This document shows, one piece after another, positions 1 to 13,335 of a stretch of 64,000 bases of DNA. A program made the translations under genes and the position numbers. Below the pieces are notes generated by a model. It did no database searches and had not been told where the DNA came from. It worked only from the letters and a program-made list of their open reading frames with translations. The stretch lies in assembly GCA_030704615.1 (NCBI GenBank), contig CM060733.1:44454001-44518000 (forward strand), read 5' to 3'. Position 1 is the first letter of the stretch. Every line of letters begins with the position of its first letter. This stretch comes from Takakia lepidozioides. Taxonomy: Eukaryota; Plantae; Bryophyta.

Positions 1-339
1 TTCCAACCCTGTTTATCTTGGAGGATCCATAAGAAAGGAGGTGCAATTCTGATCTATAATGATGCTCCGTCAGTACTTGCGAAGCAGGTAGATCCATCCT
101 CGGGAGGTGTGTCACTGATCTTCCTGTCTCAGTCTGGAGGGTTAGAGAACCGTCTCTGAAAGAAGAGAGACAAAATGTAGTCGTGAGATGTTGTTTGCCA
201 TAGCCTTGTGGCCCTAGACCCCGCGCCCAGTTTGGGCGAAACAAGAGGGAACAGACACTACCTTTGTGAGGGGCTCACTCCCATAGTGGGACTTTCCTTG
301 AGAGAGAGAGAGAGATCTGAAAGAGACAGGGTTTGGCAG

Positions 340-3300
340 GCAACGTGGCACAAGGGACATGCTTTGGCACAAACAGTGTTTTCGTGCCTCTATTTGTTGA
401 AGCTAGAGCGCACTGCTCCCAATGCCTTGCTTTATGCCTTCTGTAAATGTACACGGGCCACTTGTGGGTTGGTCCGTATGGCTGTGGCCCTGGCTGACAT
501 CCATGAGGTATGTCCTTTACTCATCTTCAACAAGGTCTCCTTTTGACAGGTCTGTCTTATATGCTGCTTTGAAGGTTGAATCTTAGATTTTCTAGATCAC
601 CTGTTATTTTTGCCATCAAAGACTGAAGCATAAACATATGCTGCAATGCACGTCACTCACTCACTTTCTCCACCAAGTTTCGGGAAATCACCAGCCATTC
701 ACTTTGTCTTGATTAGAGTCCCTGCAGTTTTGGTTGGGGTTAGAGGATGACTGTCAATGTTGATTGGGGGCTATAACAAGCTAGAGCTCGGATGCTTATG
801 TGACAAGGCAGGAAGAGGACTTCGTCACAATTGCATATGGGTTGCCAGTGGAGGGGGAAGGTGATGCCAAATGCTTGTCTTCTTTGAATGCCGTTGAGGA
901 AGCTGTGGCCCGGCAGCTGCGGGGATGTAAGACCAGCACTTCAGTCAAGAAAAAAGGAGTGGAAGGTAAGTAAATTTCCTCTCACTCCCCGTGGCTCAAC
1001 TAGGCAGCTTTGTGGGTGGGACAGAAATATGTTCGTTACAGCCAATGATCAACGTGCACCTCCCTTTGTGCCTTTGGGGATTTGGCAGGTAGCTCAGGTA
1101 AGTTTCTAGTAAGCAGGTGGTGTTGGATCTGTACTATCTACCTCATGATTTCGATTATATAAATAATCATTTCACTCCAACTGAGTTGGCACATTTGTAG
1201 AAAACTAAGCCTAGAAGAAAACGGCCATGCAGATTTGGAATCCCTACAAGATGATCCTGCCTTAGAAGAGGGTTTTTGCCAAGCTACTTTGTGTCGTTTG
1301 CGGTTTCGGAAGGTACTTCCTTTCCTCACCTCTGTCTACTTCGTTCATCGCATAGCAGTTGCGGTTTTAGCTTGCATCTGTTGAATAAATCACCACGTCT
1401 GTCCCTGTATCAGTCTCCAGCTTCATCTTTTTTCTGTAAAAGTGTCTTTTTCTTTCAATTCTCAGCCAAGTGATTGGCTCTCTCCTACTGTCTTTAGCCA
1501 CAAAATTGTTTGTATCATAGCAAGTCCCACTACTGGAGTGAGCCCCTCGCAAAGTTAGTGTCTGTTCCCTGTTGTTTGGCCCAAACTGAGCGTGAGTATA
1601 TGGCCACAAAGCTGTGGCAAACAATGTGCGATGCTATATCCACAAGGCATTGTGAATATGTCTCTCTGGTGTCTTCTGGTTTCTGGTGCTCTTTTTTAGC
1701 AGGGACCTTTAGTTATGAGAACGCAAAGTGCCTCATAACTCACCTGCTTCTGTCTAGTGGAATGTTTGGAGTCTGACTTGTTCTTTTTCCTATGTTGTTC
1801 TACTGTGTTGTATTACTGTAACCCCGGGGCTTACTGTGGCTCTGATTGATATATATATATATATATTTTTCTTCATAGCAGGTCCCAAGCTTCTGTTACT
1901 TGCTCCCATTCTGCTCTTCTCTTGTCCGTACTTTCTTCTCTATGCTCCCTGGAGTTGCAACAGAGCCATGGCAAGCCAAGCACAGTTCATGCAGCTTTTG
2001 AGATCATTTTTCACTTAACGAGAGTGTACTTAAACTTAATTGACCTCTTCCTCTCTGTCGTGTCCATCAGGCATTTTACCACGCATTAGTCTACATGGAC
2101 AAACCTCAAGGAAGAGGGCTGGAGATGGCACGCAAACACATAGCAGCAGCTTTGCTGGAGATTGGGGCCATGCGCTCTTCGTCCTCATTCCTAGCCTCAT
2201 GTCCAACTCGTCATCCCGAGGGTGCATGCTTACAATCTTCTGAGGAAAGCCCTTCCACAGCATCAGGTAGAGTGGCAGTTGGGTTTGATGAGAGTGTGAA
2301 CCGAAGGCTGTTGGCTCCTACGCCGCCTCGATCCATCAAAATCCTTCAATGGGAAGATGTACGCTCTTCTTCTTCCTTTCTTTCAAGGGGTTTGAGTCCA
2401 GTTAGAGCATTTACAGGGTATTCGCCTCAGGTGCACCTTTTCCTTCGGATCGCTTGGTCCACAGTGTGTTGGAGACCTCTTTTGATATACAGGAGTCTGA
2501 ACCAAAAGCAAATAAACACCCCAGAAGTTTTATTTTCATATGTTAGGACTGAGGATCAGCCAAACAAATGGGTTTAATTTGATTCGGACATGATGGTGAG
2601 TTGCAGGCATTGAACTATTTTGAGCAGCTTCTACAAGACCTCGACCGCATATGCTCCCTTCCAGTCACACTAGGGCTTGAGGAGTTACTACAGTTTGTGG
2701 TGGACTTTCAAAAGTCTCAGCCGGAGCTATTTGCAAGAGCTCGCCTGCAGGTTCACTCCTGCACTCAAGGGACTGGGGGTTTTGGGACATATCCTTGATG
2801 GAATTTACTTAGTAAGGTCCTCGTGTCTTGCTAGGATTCGTCCACTACTTTGAGTTACTGTTATGTGGTATCGTAGGAGTGATTGACTGATGGTAGTATG
2901 CTGAAAGCTGTTTGCCTAGTTTCACAATTTCGCTCATTGCCCATGTGTCTTACTTCCTGAGCATCCACATCTGTTTCTGCTTGCCTTATGTGGGCGTGTT
3001 TGTCTCTGTATTCCTCACAGATATAGCTTGCCCTTATGAGTTTTAGAGCTGGTTATTGCTTTGATCATTGCATATAAGGCTCATTGAGGAGAATGGGTGC
3101 AGTTACTACTTCTCCAGGATGGAAAGCTGCTGGGGCGGGAGCCTTTGGCAGATGTTCTAGTGAAGGCACTCAGCATGCCCCACACTGTTCCGAGCATAGA
3201 TCTGCAGACTCAGACTTTTGTGTCACATTCTGCTCGGGTAAGAAATCTCAAAGTTGGTCCAACCCATGCAAAAGTTTATTTACTTCATATGTTTATGGCA

Positions 3301-6300
3301 TAACGATCTTCAAGAGAAGCGTAGTGTCTAGTTTTAACAAGTGAACTGACAGCAACAAATTGTTTTTGTGTTGTTTGTTAGCTCTATGTGATGTATCAGC
3401 AGTACTTACTCTTTGAAGATAGCTCTAACGGTCAGATATGTTTGATGTGTTTAGAGTTTGTTGAGACATGGAAAGAATTGTTCATCCATACTGATCTCAT
3501 GTCCCCTTTCTTTGCGAATGTGCCATTTTCAAGTGTTGTTACCTGGTTTCAATGGAAAATTAGCCTCTGTGAGAAAGTTTTATGACATAGACCAGGTTGT
3601 GGATGTTGGGACCATGGGCACAGTTAACGCATCATTTACTGAAAGTACTATGCACAAACACAGCGTGGCAGCGGCGTAAGCTGGGAAGAGTTATCCAAGA
3701 GTGGGGCAACCTTCTACAGCAGGTGAGTGTGCTCATTCTTCACTTCTAGTCCAGTTGGATGAGGACACATTTGGTACTTTTCTTAATTTGGCAAGGTTCT
3801 GGATTCTCAAAGATAAGTTGAAGTCTCCACCTGGCCCACTCTCTGTGTCCCTCGTGTCCCTGTAGTGCAATTACAGCCACATGGTTACATTTGTGCTACC
3901 CAGACAACTTCATTGTGCTGTTTACTCCACATTGCAACTAGCCCTGTAGCCATGGCCGTCAAGTCAATCTTAGGTTTATGGTAGCTTTGCTGGTTCACTA
4001 TTATAGTTTCTTGTGTGATGCCAATTCTGGCCTTTGGATTATCATTAGCCGTGACTGGGAAGAGTGGCAATGTCAGACAGACTTCCATTCCCATGGTTGA
4101 TTCCAGGAGGGTCAGTATCCTGCATGGACTTGCCCTTAAGGGTATGTATAATGAAATTCCTAGGGAGCAGATTCTGGCTGAAGACCAAGTGCATAAAGGT
4201 TTCCATGTCTGTCCTGCTTTTATGTGCACAGCTTCTTGTTTTGGATTGCAGAGCACAGTTCACACTAACATAATGTCATTTCCCTTTGGAGTCTTACTGC
4301 ATCCTATGGGGTGTTTGGCAGGCCGAGTTTACACAGGACAGCCCACTTCACAAACTTCAATTTGGGCTTCCTTATGAGAAGGTAATGTTACAGTTTATTG
4401 TACATTGATGTTGCTATGGATCGGGCTATGTGGGAGGTATATGATGTATTGAAGCCAGCTGGAAGGAGGGTTAATGGTTCATAACTTGGGTCAACCTTTG
4501 GCATAATAAGTAGTAAGCCCTCCAGGGAATCATTCTTGCTGGCAGCAGGAGTTACCCATGTATCCATTTGAAGACTAACTGCATTGAAGGTGCCCTCTGG
4601 TTGTATTTGCACGTTGTCCTAGCTCCCGTAGGGTAAGGGATACTATAATGAGGCATGTAGTTCAAACAGCAAGCACCCTTTGGTCTCGGTTCCTCTTCAT
4701 AGAATGGCCACGTCATCGTTGATAGTAGAAACATGTAAAACTAGGTAGGCAGAATCTCAGGGTCTTAAGGATGGGTGATGTATGCAGAGCTGGTGGACAG
4801 ACAATGTGGTGTTGGCTTGGGCAGCGGAGCAGACATGCTGGATGGTTGCCCACTATCTCATGCTTGGCTTCCAGCTGGATCTTTATTCACCCAGCGAGTA
4901 CTGCATGGTCTACTGGTATTTTATCTTGCTGTTATTTTGAGCAAGAATGCAAAGAATTATGGTCGTATGCTTATTTTGTCTTTGTAAACACTCTCATAAT
5001 TGGGGAGATCACCCAATATGATAGCTGACTGGCATCCTTGCAGACAGTAGATTCTTATCATGTCTTTTTCCAGCCATATGTTTTGTTCGTGAATATTGTC
5101 TTTTTGTACATTTCTCTGATACAGGCCTGTGTCTGACACTGAAAGGTGTGCGATGGCTTGGGGTATCACAGGTATCTGGACCATGTCTTGTTAACTCTCT
5201 TGCACTACAAGTTGGCCAAAGAGAAGAGCCTGTTTGAGCGCCAGCCCTCTGCCCTCCCCGAATCACCTGACTCAGGTCTGTCTTCCCTCTTCATCTATCT
5301 GGGACTGTCGATCATTGAAGAGTTAGTTTTAGTACCTGTTTTGTGAGCAACAACAGTAGAAGTGACTCGTTAGCATGGGCCAGAAGAAGAGAACTTGGAC
5401 CTTTTCCCAAACAATCATTGTGTCAGCTGTCCTATTCAATAGCCTGGCGCTTCAATGAAATAATGACCGTGTTAGCGGACCAGACCCCGTTATCACCTTC
5501 GACAGCATCATGAAATGAATCTGCACTTCTTCTGGGCTGATATCTCATCATCTTAATCTCTCATTGTATGTTGGGGCCAAACTAGTTCTGTTCGTGTTAT
5601 ATGACAGCTGTGCAGTTTTAGAGTGTTAAATCTTCTTTGAAACTCTGAGGAGCAGAATGAGATGAAAATGGGGTGTGTTTTTATCACTAATTAGAGCTAA
5701 TGTCATGGATACGGACTGTCACAGCGTTTTACAGAACCTTCCTTACAGCCCTTGATAGGAGACATAGCTGCACTAACATTTACCACTGGTTAGTTGATGG
5801 ATACATCTAGTTCTTTTCCATGCCATCATGTTTCTGATTTCTGTTCTGGAAAACTGCTTTGAAACATGCTCTGAAATTATGTCCAGTTGTAGCCTGCCCA
5901 ACAGGAAGACATCACCCCTTGTCTTCTAACTGCTCCCAACACCTAAGCTTCTGAATTGCTGGAAAGCTGAAAAGAGGGTTGTAAATGGACCGCACCCTTT
6001 TTAAAACAACCGCACCGAACCGTGTTAACCTTAGATCAGCAGGATCAGTGCAAGACAGATAAAGAAAGGGGGCAGGAAGAGAGTCATGACGGTTGGCGTT
6101 GCCTCCATAGGCTCACACGGAAGGCATCACTTGCTCTGTTGTATTCTTCACCATCAGCCAAAAAGAAGGGGAAGAAGAAAAAGGGCAGCTCCTCTCTGAA
6201 GTCGGCCACAACCGCAGCCAAGGACATCCGCCTTACCTCCTCTGTTCTTCTTCTGCAGTGTTACGTTGACCTCTGCAAAGGCTTTATCTGGGTTAGTCCT

Positions 6301-7564
6301 CTGTCTCTAGTTTCTTCTGCGTTTTCATTTCCTCTCCCCTTGCCCTTTTCTGTTGATGGTGTGCTTGGCAGTGGAATTGAAATCCATGTCTCTCCTGTTT
6401 CCGGGGTATGGCTGTTGTAACTGTTCATGACTTCTAGTCAGAGCTAGCTTGTAAATGATGATCAATTCCTGTAACCAAATCATCGGTGGTCCGGAACTAT
6501 GTCACAGCACACACTAATAGAGATCAGTTGATGACTAATTGTGTAGAACACTTTGTCAAACTCTTATATTCTGGGTGTGCTCCTCCTTTCAGGTCCGCAC
6601 GTCCAGACTAGCAGTGCATGCCATGGCCTGCAATTTTGGTTGTAAGAATGCATTTGTGTGCTAGTGATGTTGTAGTTCAAGCGGACAGAACAGTAATAAT
6701 CTCCACATGCATGAAGCAGATGTTGGCAGCTTTGTCAGAGGATCACAAACTTGTTCATCGCAACACCATCTTCAACACTGAACACGAGGTTAGTCAGGCT
6801 TGACTGAGCAGAGGGTTGGCATGTTTGTTATATGTAGAATGTAAGTTGTACTCAAGGCATGGCTGGGTGAACAGAGGTTTCTTCAACGGTTTGAAGTACT
6901 CCACAAAGTGTTTGTGCCGGAGCCCATGTCGTACTTCGACTTCAAGCAAGCAACCCACCAGAAGCACTTCTCAGTAAGTTTTTTTATTCTTGACTCTCCT
7001 ATGGCAGTGGTCCAGAAGTTGTCATCAGGCTACTTTCTTCTGATCTACGAGCCAGGCCACTAGAATCACCCTTGTCCCTAACTACAGGGCAATTCCTATG
7101 TGTATCAGGTACCTGGTTGAAAGACTCTATATGTAAGATGTATGCACCAAGTGTTTTATGGCTCATAGGATCTCAGGTTGTTGAAGAGTTCTCCCCGCCA
7201 TCCATTTCTTCTCATCAATGGCCAAAATTTTCATGGTCCATTTTGTGGAGATTCTGATTTTGACAAATGTTTTGGATGGCTGGTCTTGTAGGTGAAAGAG
7301 CTGTACCAGCTCTCATATGATCATTTCATGGCAGTCCAGCAGCACCTGCAAGAGCTTGGACCTACGGCTGCAAAAGCTTTAGAGCTCTCGGCAGTGAGCC
7401 GCTTGCAGCGGGCTGTTGACATCCGACAATTGGAGCAAGTGGCCCTCCGAAACCGAATCGCTTTGCAAATTGCTCACCAGGCTGGACCTGGGGACAACTT
7501 GCGTGTCTCTTTTGACTTTTCACAGCATCCCTGTTTTGCTGTGGCTGTTGTGAAAAAGTCATAA
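340..7564 (+). CDS. NAA35: N-alpha-acetyltransferase 35 / NatC auxiliary subunit (MAK10), 5' exons outside the window
   Basis: GT-AG exons at ~340-507, 812-965, 1233-1312, 2071-2358, 2607-2750, 3103-3237, 3624-3722, 4788-4915, ~5172-5275, 6158-6291, 6720-6788, 6875-6973 and 7292-7564. They give [77 protein letters not shown] and C-terminal [19 protein letters not shown], collinear with plant MAK10. One small exon between 3722 and 4788 may be unresolved. Confidence 0.93.
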
Positions 7565-8645
7565 TATATGTGGCTTGGCTTTGCCATCAGTTGGCATTTA
7601 GAGGTCAGACAGGAATTCTGGAGGATTGCGTAAGGAGAGATTGACTGCCGTTTCCTACAAATCAGTCTTTGCCAAGTAGTTTGGCAGACTGTCCGTTAAG
7701 CATCGGTACGTCTGTGCCCTAATTCGGGGGGCATGGCTGTTGCAGCAGTACATCCTTCAAATATCTTCCGTCTGGGTTGGTTTTTTCAGCTGTGTTCTTT
7801 GCAAAGCTTCAGAACACCGGATCACATCTAGTAACTGGCAGGGGGGAAGTCTGCTGGATGTTCTTGGTTAGGTCCCATCAACACGAACATTTCAGAGTGA
7901 AATGCTGTAGGGTACTACTTTTGAGACATGAGAGAGATTGGTAGAATGGAGTGGTTGGGATGGTTAGGTCTCGTTCCCTTTCAATTCACCAGACCGAGGT
8001 CTAGAGGGTGAGGTGCTTTTGTGGACCTGTTTTGTGCCTGGTGGGTAAGTTATGAGGTTAAGGGATTTGGGAGCATGTATTTACGGTCGTGTAATTGTTG
8101 TATACCCATGATCAAGTGGACCACGTGATTTTTTTTTACAGGTGTTCATTGACTCTTTTTTCGTGTAATCAACTGATCCAGTGGTGGTTTGTCAGGCCTT
8201 TTGTCTTCCCCTTTTAGACAATTCCGTCTGCAAGGCTGGCTGTCCCGGCTTTGGAAGAAACTTGTTATACAACGCTACTGCAATTAGATCTTGGGTACTG
8301 GTTCATCAAAATGAGAGAAAAAAAAATTCCTCGGTTGCAAATAGGTACAAATCCCTCCATCCTAAGGGGATCATAAGTTTACACAACCCAAGGGGGCAGT
8401 AAGTCCCATCAAGCTGATGAAGTTCAAATTTGCCAGGGAAGCATACATCAGGTGCAGCATACAAGCACTTCTTAGAATCAGGCTGGCTGGATAAGTGACC
8501 AGGGGGAGAGGGAAGGGGGGATTGTGAGAGGCGGTGTAGTATGTTTACCTTACATACCAAGGACCTTTTGAGGTCCTGAAGTCAACTATCCTTACTCAGG
8601 CCCTCATGCAGGCCAGCTCCGGTTGATCAAAAGTAGAGAAATAAC

Positions 8646-10285
8646 CAGTGTTGGGCGGTTCTTGCATTTGTGAAGGAACCTTCGGTTCCGGTTCCACAAT
8701 ATTTCAAGAGACAGTTCCAGATCCGGTTCCGGTTTTTTTTTATTGAGCAGGTTCCGGACCGGTTCTGGTTACCAGTTAGTTGCTGATAAAAACCACGGTT
8801 CCGGTTAGGTTCTGGTTCTTTTTATTTATTTTTTAAAGAATATTTGGTTAAATGGTTGCATTACCCAAAGAGAGGCTACCTAGGAGAAAGAAGATCAATT
8901 GAATTGACTTACCCTTCATTTTATGTCATTGAGGACAATGACCTGCCTTTGGGAGGGAGAGCTTGCTAGGTGCCTATGGCCGGACTGGAACCATGAACCA
9001 GTCCACCAGATAAGAACGCAACTGCTGAAACTTCGGAGCTCCTTACGGACACCTGCAGGTGACGAGAATTCGGACAAGCTGGTGGCTTCAGGAAGTTAGG
9101 GATTTGGAAATGAAGGGGATGCAGACAGCGTGACGATGGAGAGCATGGTTGTGGCATAGGTTTCTTGGGCAAGCCTGAACTGAAAAAGAAGATGCACAGA
9201 TGACTCGAAGGGAGAACCTGCAAGTCGAACGAGTTGTATGATATGTGCATAGAGGACAAAATTATATATAGCATGGTGCGGTGTTGGGTGGACCGGAAGT
9301 GTAATCCGGTACTATGTTGTTAGTGCTAGGGATGTAGAGATGAGCGGTGGTCTTTCTTGCTGACAGGAACTAGAATAGTGATGCCATCTCTACATGGAGA
9401 AGTGTACAAATTGTGAATAGAGTTCCAGTAAGGCAGGTTCATACTGGTTTTGAACTGAATTGGATCCCTGTGATAGTGAACAGATAAGTGCCTTGACACT
9501 AGCGTCGGCTAGTTGTTGAGCCTTGGTTAGTGACTTCAACAGCTTGTAAAACACTTCTCCGTGCACTGTGAATTTCAAATCTCCCTACATGAATCATCTT
9601 TGCTCCTTCACATAACCTGCGATAGCTTAAAATGACAATTATATAAATCTTGGTGAACCCAATCAACGTTTGTGCAACTAGAGTTTCTCTAAATATTATG
9701 TTTAGTGGAAACTCATTGCATGCTGTTTGAATAGCAGTGCCGGAACGAGCACAGAAGGAGGGGATGGGGGCAGCTGATCAATTTAATTAGATTTAAAATA
9801 TTTTATCAGTCCGGGAGATTAAATAGCAATGTATTCACATATTTTAACTAAAATCCAACGATTTTATCTGGCAAGTATTGGCATCTTCTAACATTTTCAT
9901 TAATGAACTTAGCCAGGATATCATGGAGCTAGAGATTGAACCCAAGATCTCATGGTGTTGAAGCATTGAACATAGAATGTCATGGCCTTCAAGCATTGAA
10001 CCCAAGATCTCATGGAGCTTGAGAGCATTAAAGAAGTTTTGCCATGGGGCTGCCATGTAATGCCAAGGGTTCAAGAACATGAACCTGTTTTTATCCCCAT
10101 GCGCCCTGTTCTTCGGTTCTCACACCCAGCAGGAACCGCTGGTTCGGTTATGTGCCGATCCCCATTGGCAGGTTCCGGTTCTGGTTCCGGGTCAGGTTCT
10201 GTAGGAATGGGCCGGTTCTGGTCCGGTTCCGGTTAACCTAAACCGGCGGTTAACGTGGGTCCCGGCGGGTAAGCGCCCAACACTG
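8646..10285. mobile_element. Non-autonomous hAT DNA transposon
   Basis: TIRs CAGTGTTGGGCG (8646) and CGCCCAACACTG (ends 10285); perfect 8-bp TSD GAAATAAC at 8638-8645 and 10286-10293; dense GGTTCC/CCGGTT subterminal motifs at both ends; no transposase ORF. Confidence 0.9.
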
Positions 10286-10329
10286 GAAATAACCTGTTTA
10301 AAAGTAACTTCACCTTGAGGAGCCAAACA

Positions 10330-10434
10330 CAAGGCTCATGGGACACTATCAAGGGAATGGGAAGAAGATTCTACCACACCCGACAAGGATTGGAACCCAG
10401 AGTCATCTGGGTGGCGGTCATCCAACTGAGCTAC
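10330..10434 (-). mobile_element. tRNA-derived SINE-like fragment
   Basis: Minus strand reads GTAGCTCAGTTGG (A box) ... GGTTCCAATCC (B box) and shares GCCACCCAGATGAYTCTGGG and GGGTGTGGTA with the copy at 50382. Confidence 0.6.
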
Positions 10435-11427
10435 AAATTTAGTAAGAGGCAGCTCACTATACTACAAATTAATTGAATATGGATATGGGTTTGAACCTGC
10501 GTTGGGCAGGCATATTGACTTCAATATACCCTTAGGGTATAAGTCAAATCACTTACCCTCCCGGGTATGGATAAGTTGAAATCTCAAAATTTTATTTACC
10601 CTCCGGATATGGGTAAGTTAACTTTTCAGATTTAGGGCAAGTGATAAAAGAGGCCTGGAAGTTGAATGCTGCCTCAGCGGGCCTGCCTGCGTGGCCCCAC
10701 TCCCGCCCTCCGCCTCGACCCCCCTCGCGGCCCGCAGTCACCGCTCCAGGCGCCCCCCTCCCGCTCCACCCGTTGCCCCCGCGCCGGGTCCCTTGCTCCC
10801 GAAACTACTGTCTCACAATGAACTCGGTGTTACTGTACTGCATGCATCCACCATGCATACCCCATGAATGCAAGAAATACATCCATGACATCATGACTTT
10901 GCCATCATACAGTTGGGTCACCCGACATCCAAGGACTTCACTTCGCTGCCATGATTCCGGACGCTGGTTTCCATCTGCTTGTTTCTTGCAATTGCCGAGG
11001 AAGATCGAAGTCGGGTTCACTTCAGATGCAGACGCAGACGCAGAACTGTTTTGCTTAGAGACATTGTTTGTGTCGTTTGAGTAGTTTGTTATTGACAAGA
11101 GTGTCTACCGCTGCCTTCCTATTACAACTCCCCTAGTTTCGTTTATCGTAGCTTCTCCCCTTCTTCTTGGGGAAATGTGTCAGGCAGTCTCAGGATTAGG
11201 TTGAGCTCAGCGACTATCTTAGGCTTAGAGTGCTATTCCTTTTTACGATGGATGTGTTGTAGCGGGGCATTTGGTTTATCTGGCCGATGAGTTCCTTGTA
11301 CAGATTGCCATCTTGTGATCTCTTTCCTGTGGACCCACATGCTTACATGTTAGCTTAAACTCGTTGCAGACACGGACAGAGAGTGGTTGATTAGAAGCGT
11401 TGTTGGAGGCACATAGAGGAGTGAGAA

Positions 11428-12302
11428 ATGCTGTGGGTAGACGAGTACCGGCCGCGGACGCTTGGCAAAATGATGGTGCATGTCGAGGAAGCCCAGCATC
11501 TGAAGAATCTGGTGAGAACTTTGCATCTTTGCAAAATGTTGTCTTGATCTCAAGAGGTTAACTACAGCAAGCACGTTGCGAAATCTACATTGATAGGTTT
11601 GTCACAAGTGCGCAAGGTAACTAGAAATGCTGCGAGGCTCAAATGTTATCGACTTTCCTCTATGTTCTAGAGGTGTCAAGGATAAGTAAGGACGACATAG
11701 GGCTTTGATTGCCAACCTACTGCAGCGTGTGGCATCAGACCCCGTGCATATATTGGATTGACCATATAGCGTTTCAATTTTCACAGAGGCTGGCCATTTG
11801 GCTATCCACACCGGCGTCGCCAGCCCTGCACCACAGTGTAGCAGATTGATATACAACTAAAGCGTGTGCAGGTTGTTTGTTTACAATGAGATAAGACCTG
11901 ATGTGTTAAGCTCACATTCGGGAGTGGGTCTTTGACAAAATATGGAGGGACGGACTGATCTTTGCTAAGAAAGTATGAAAGACACTTTATGAAGCTAATT
12001 GGGAGTCCAAATGGCTTATGGTACAAATGCACACAGAGGTGTAGAGAAAAGATACTTCATAACGCCCACAAGGTGCCTTCAGGCCCTGCAAGACAGTTTG
12101 GGTCTCACAAGGCCTATGCCAAACAATGGGAATCTGTAGAGAGTGTGTTGAGGGAGAAAGAGATGAATGATGTTCTCTGTGTGGTTGACAGACAGCACAG
12201 GGAGATTGTCCACACTTGCTGTTCTATGGTCCCACTGGAGCAGGCAAGAAAACCCTTATTATGGCATTGCTCCGAGAGATGTATTGCATCACTGCTGAAA
12301 AG
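11428..12302 (+). pseudogene. RFC3: Replication factor C small subunit (human RFC3 / yeast Rfc5 type), first two coding exons only
   Basis: Exon 11428-11511 MLWVDEYRPRTLGKMMVHVEEAQHLKNL and exon 12192-12302 TAQGDCPHLLFYGPTGAGKKTLIMALLREMY (P-loop), with GT-AG intron retained. No further RFC exons found downstream. Confidence 0.85.
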
Positions 12303-13149
12303 GTTTCTCTCTCTCTCTCTCTCTCTCTCTCATTCTCATCTTGGGTAGAATACTTCAGGTGGAATTAAGTGATTCTTTCCTATGGATATCCTGAAACTGA
12401 CAAGTCTATACTTGCTGCAAAATTCATTCCCTGGCTAGGGCCTTGTGGGATTTATTGAGTGCCCATTTGCTGGTTTGAATCTAGGGTTTCAGAATCCTTT
12501 CCCTGCAATTTAGTATGATCAAGTGTTCAACAGAATGCCTCAATGATCTTTGATCACGTGGAATATAATGTTGGCAGGATTTACCAAGCATGGGTGTGGT
12601 AGGAATGCTTCTGATCCCTGTGGATCAATAGCTACAGGAAACCTGCGTCAACTGGAAATAGCAGCGCAGCAACACAATTGATAAAACTAGGCATTGCTAA
12701 TGAAGGCACCTTCTTCAACACATTTCAGCCTGTTTTTCCCTGTTATCAGACTCCCTAAATTTTCAGGTTGAATCCTGCAAGTTAACTCGTTGGCAGATCT
12801 ATGGTGGTTTTGGAGTGATTTTGACATGTTACTGCCAATGTGGCAACAAGAAAGTATCGAAGAACAGATAACAGAGACGAAGAGAATCTCTGGAATAAAT
12901 ATGTTTCCGACCACAGTCAAGGGTGGAACGATCGAGGCAAAAAGGTGAATGCCTGTTGGAAGCGCAAGTCAGCATATGAACTAATGTGATAAGTAGGGTT
13001 GGGGTGTTTACTAGAACAAATCTAGGCTGTAATTGTCAGCTGCTAGCAGCAAGGCAAGGATGTATGCATGATTTGTGCAGAGCGTGGATAGCTGAAGGAG
13101 CAGGGATAGAGTTTGGGTCTGGAATGAATACTTTTCTGACCCCAGTGCT

Positions 13150-13335
13150 TGTGTTGTGCTTGTGCAAGCCTGGCAGCCCTGGAAAAGGGCAAAGAGGTCC
13201 ATGATGACATCATCATCAAAGCCGGAATTGTACCTGGTGGGCATGTATGCCAAATGTGGCAGCATTGAGGATGCAAAGGGAGTAGTTGACAATATGGCTG
13301 AACGAGGTATAGTGTCGTGGAGGGCAGGATATGAA
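13150..13335 (+). pseudogene. PLS-class PPR fragment
   Basis: ALEKGKEVH...LVGMYAKCGSIEDAKGVVDNMAERGIVSW, frameshifted. Confidence 0.8.

Noticed and set aside
4911-4940. Apparent premature stop or frameshift in NAA35 after YW
   Set aside because: Explained by a phase-2 intron starting at 4916; the frame resumes at ~5172 (W-YLDHVLL).
10641-11084. 147-aa proline-rich ORF, and its mirror at 17946-18329
   Set aside because: Translation of the GC-rich inverted repeat; no evidence of coding.
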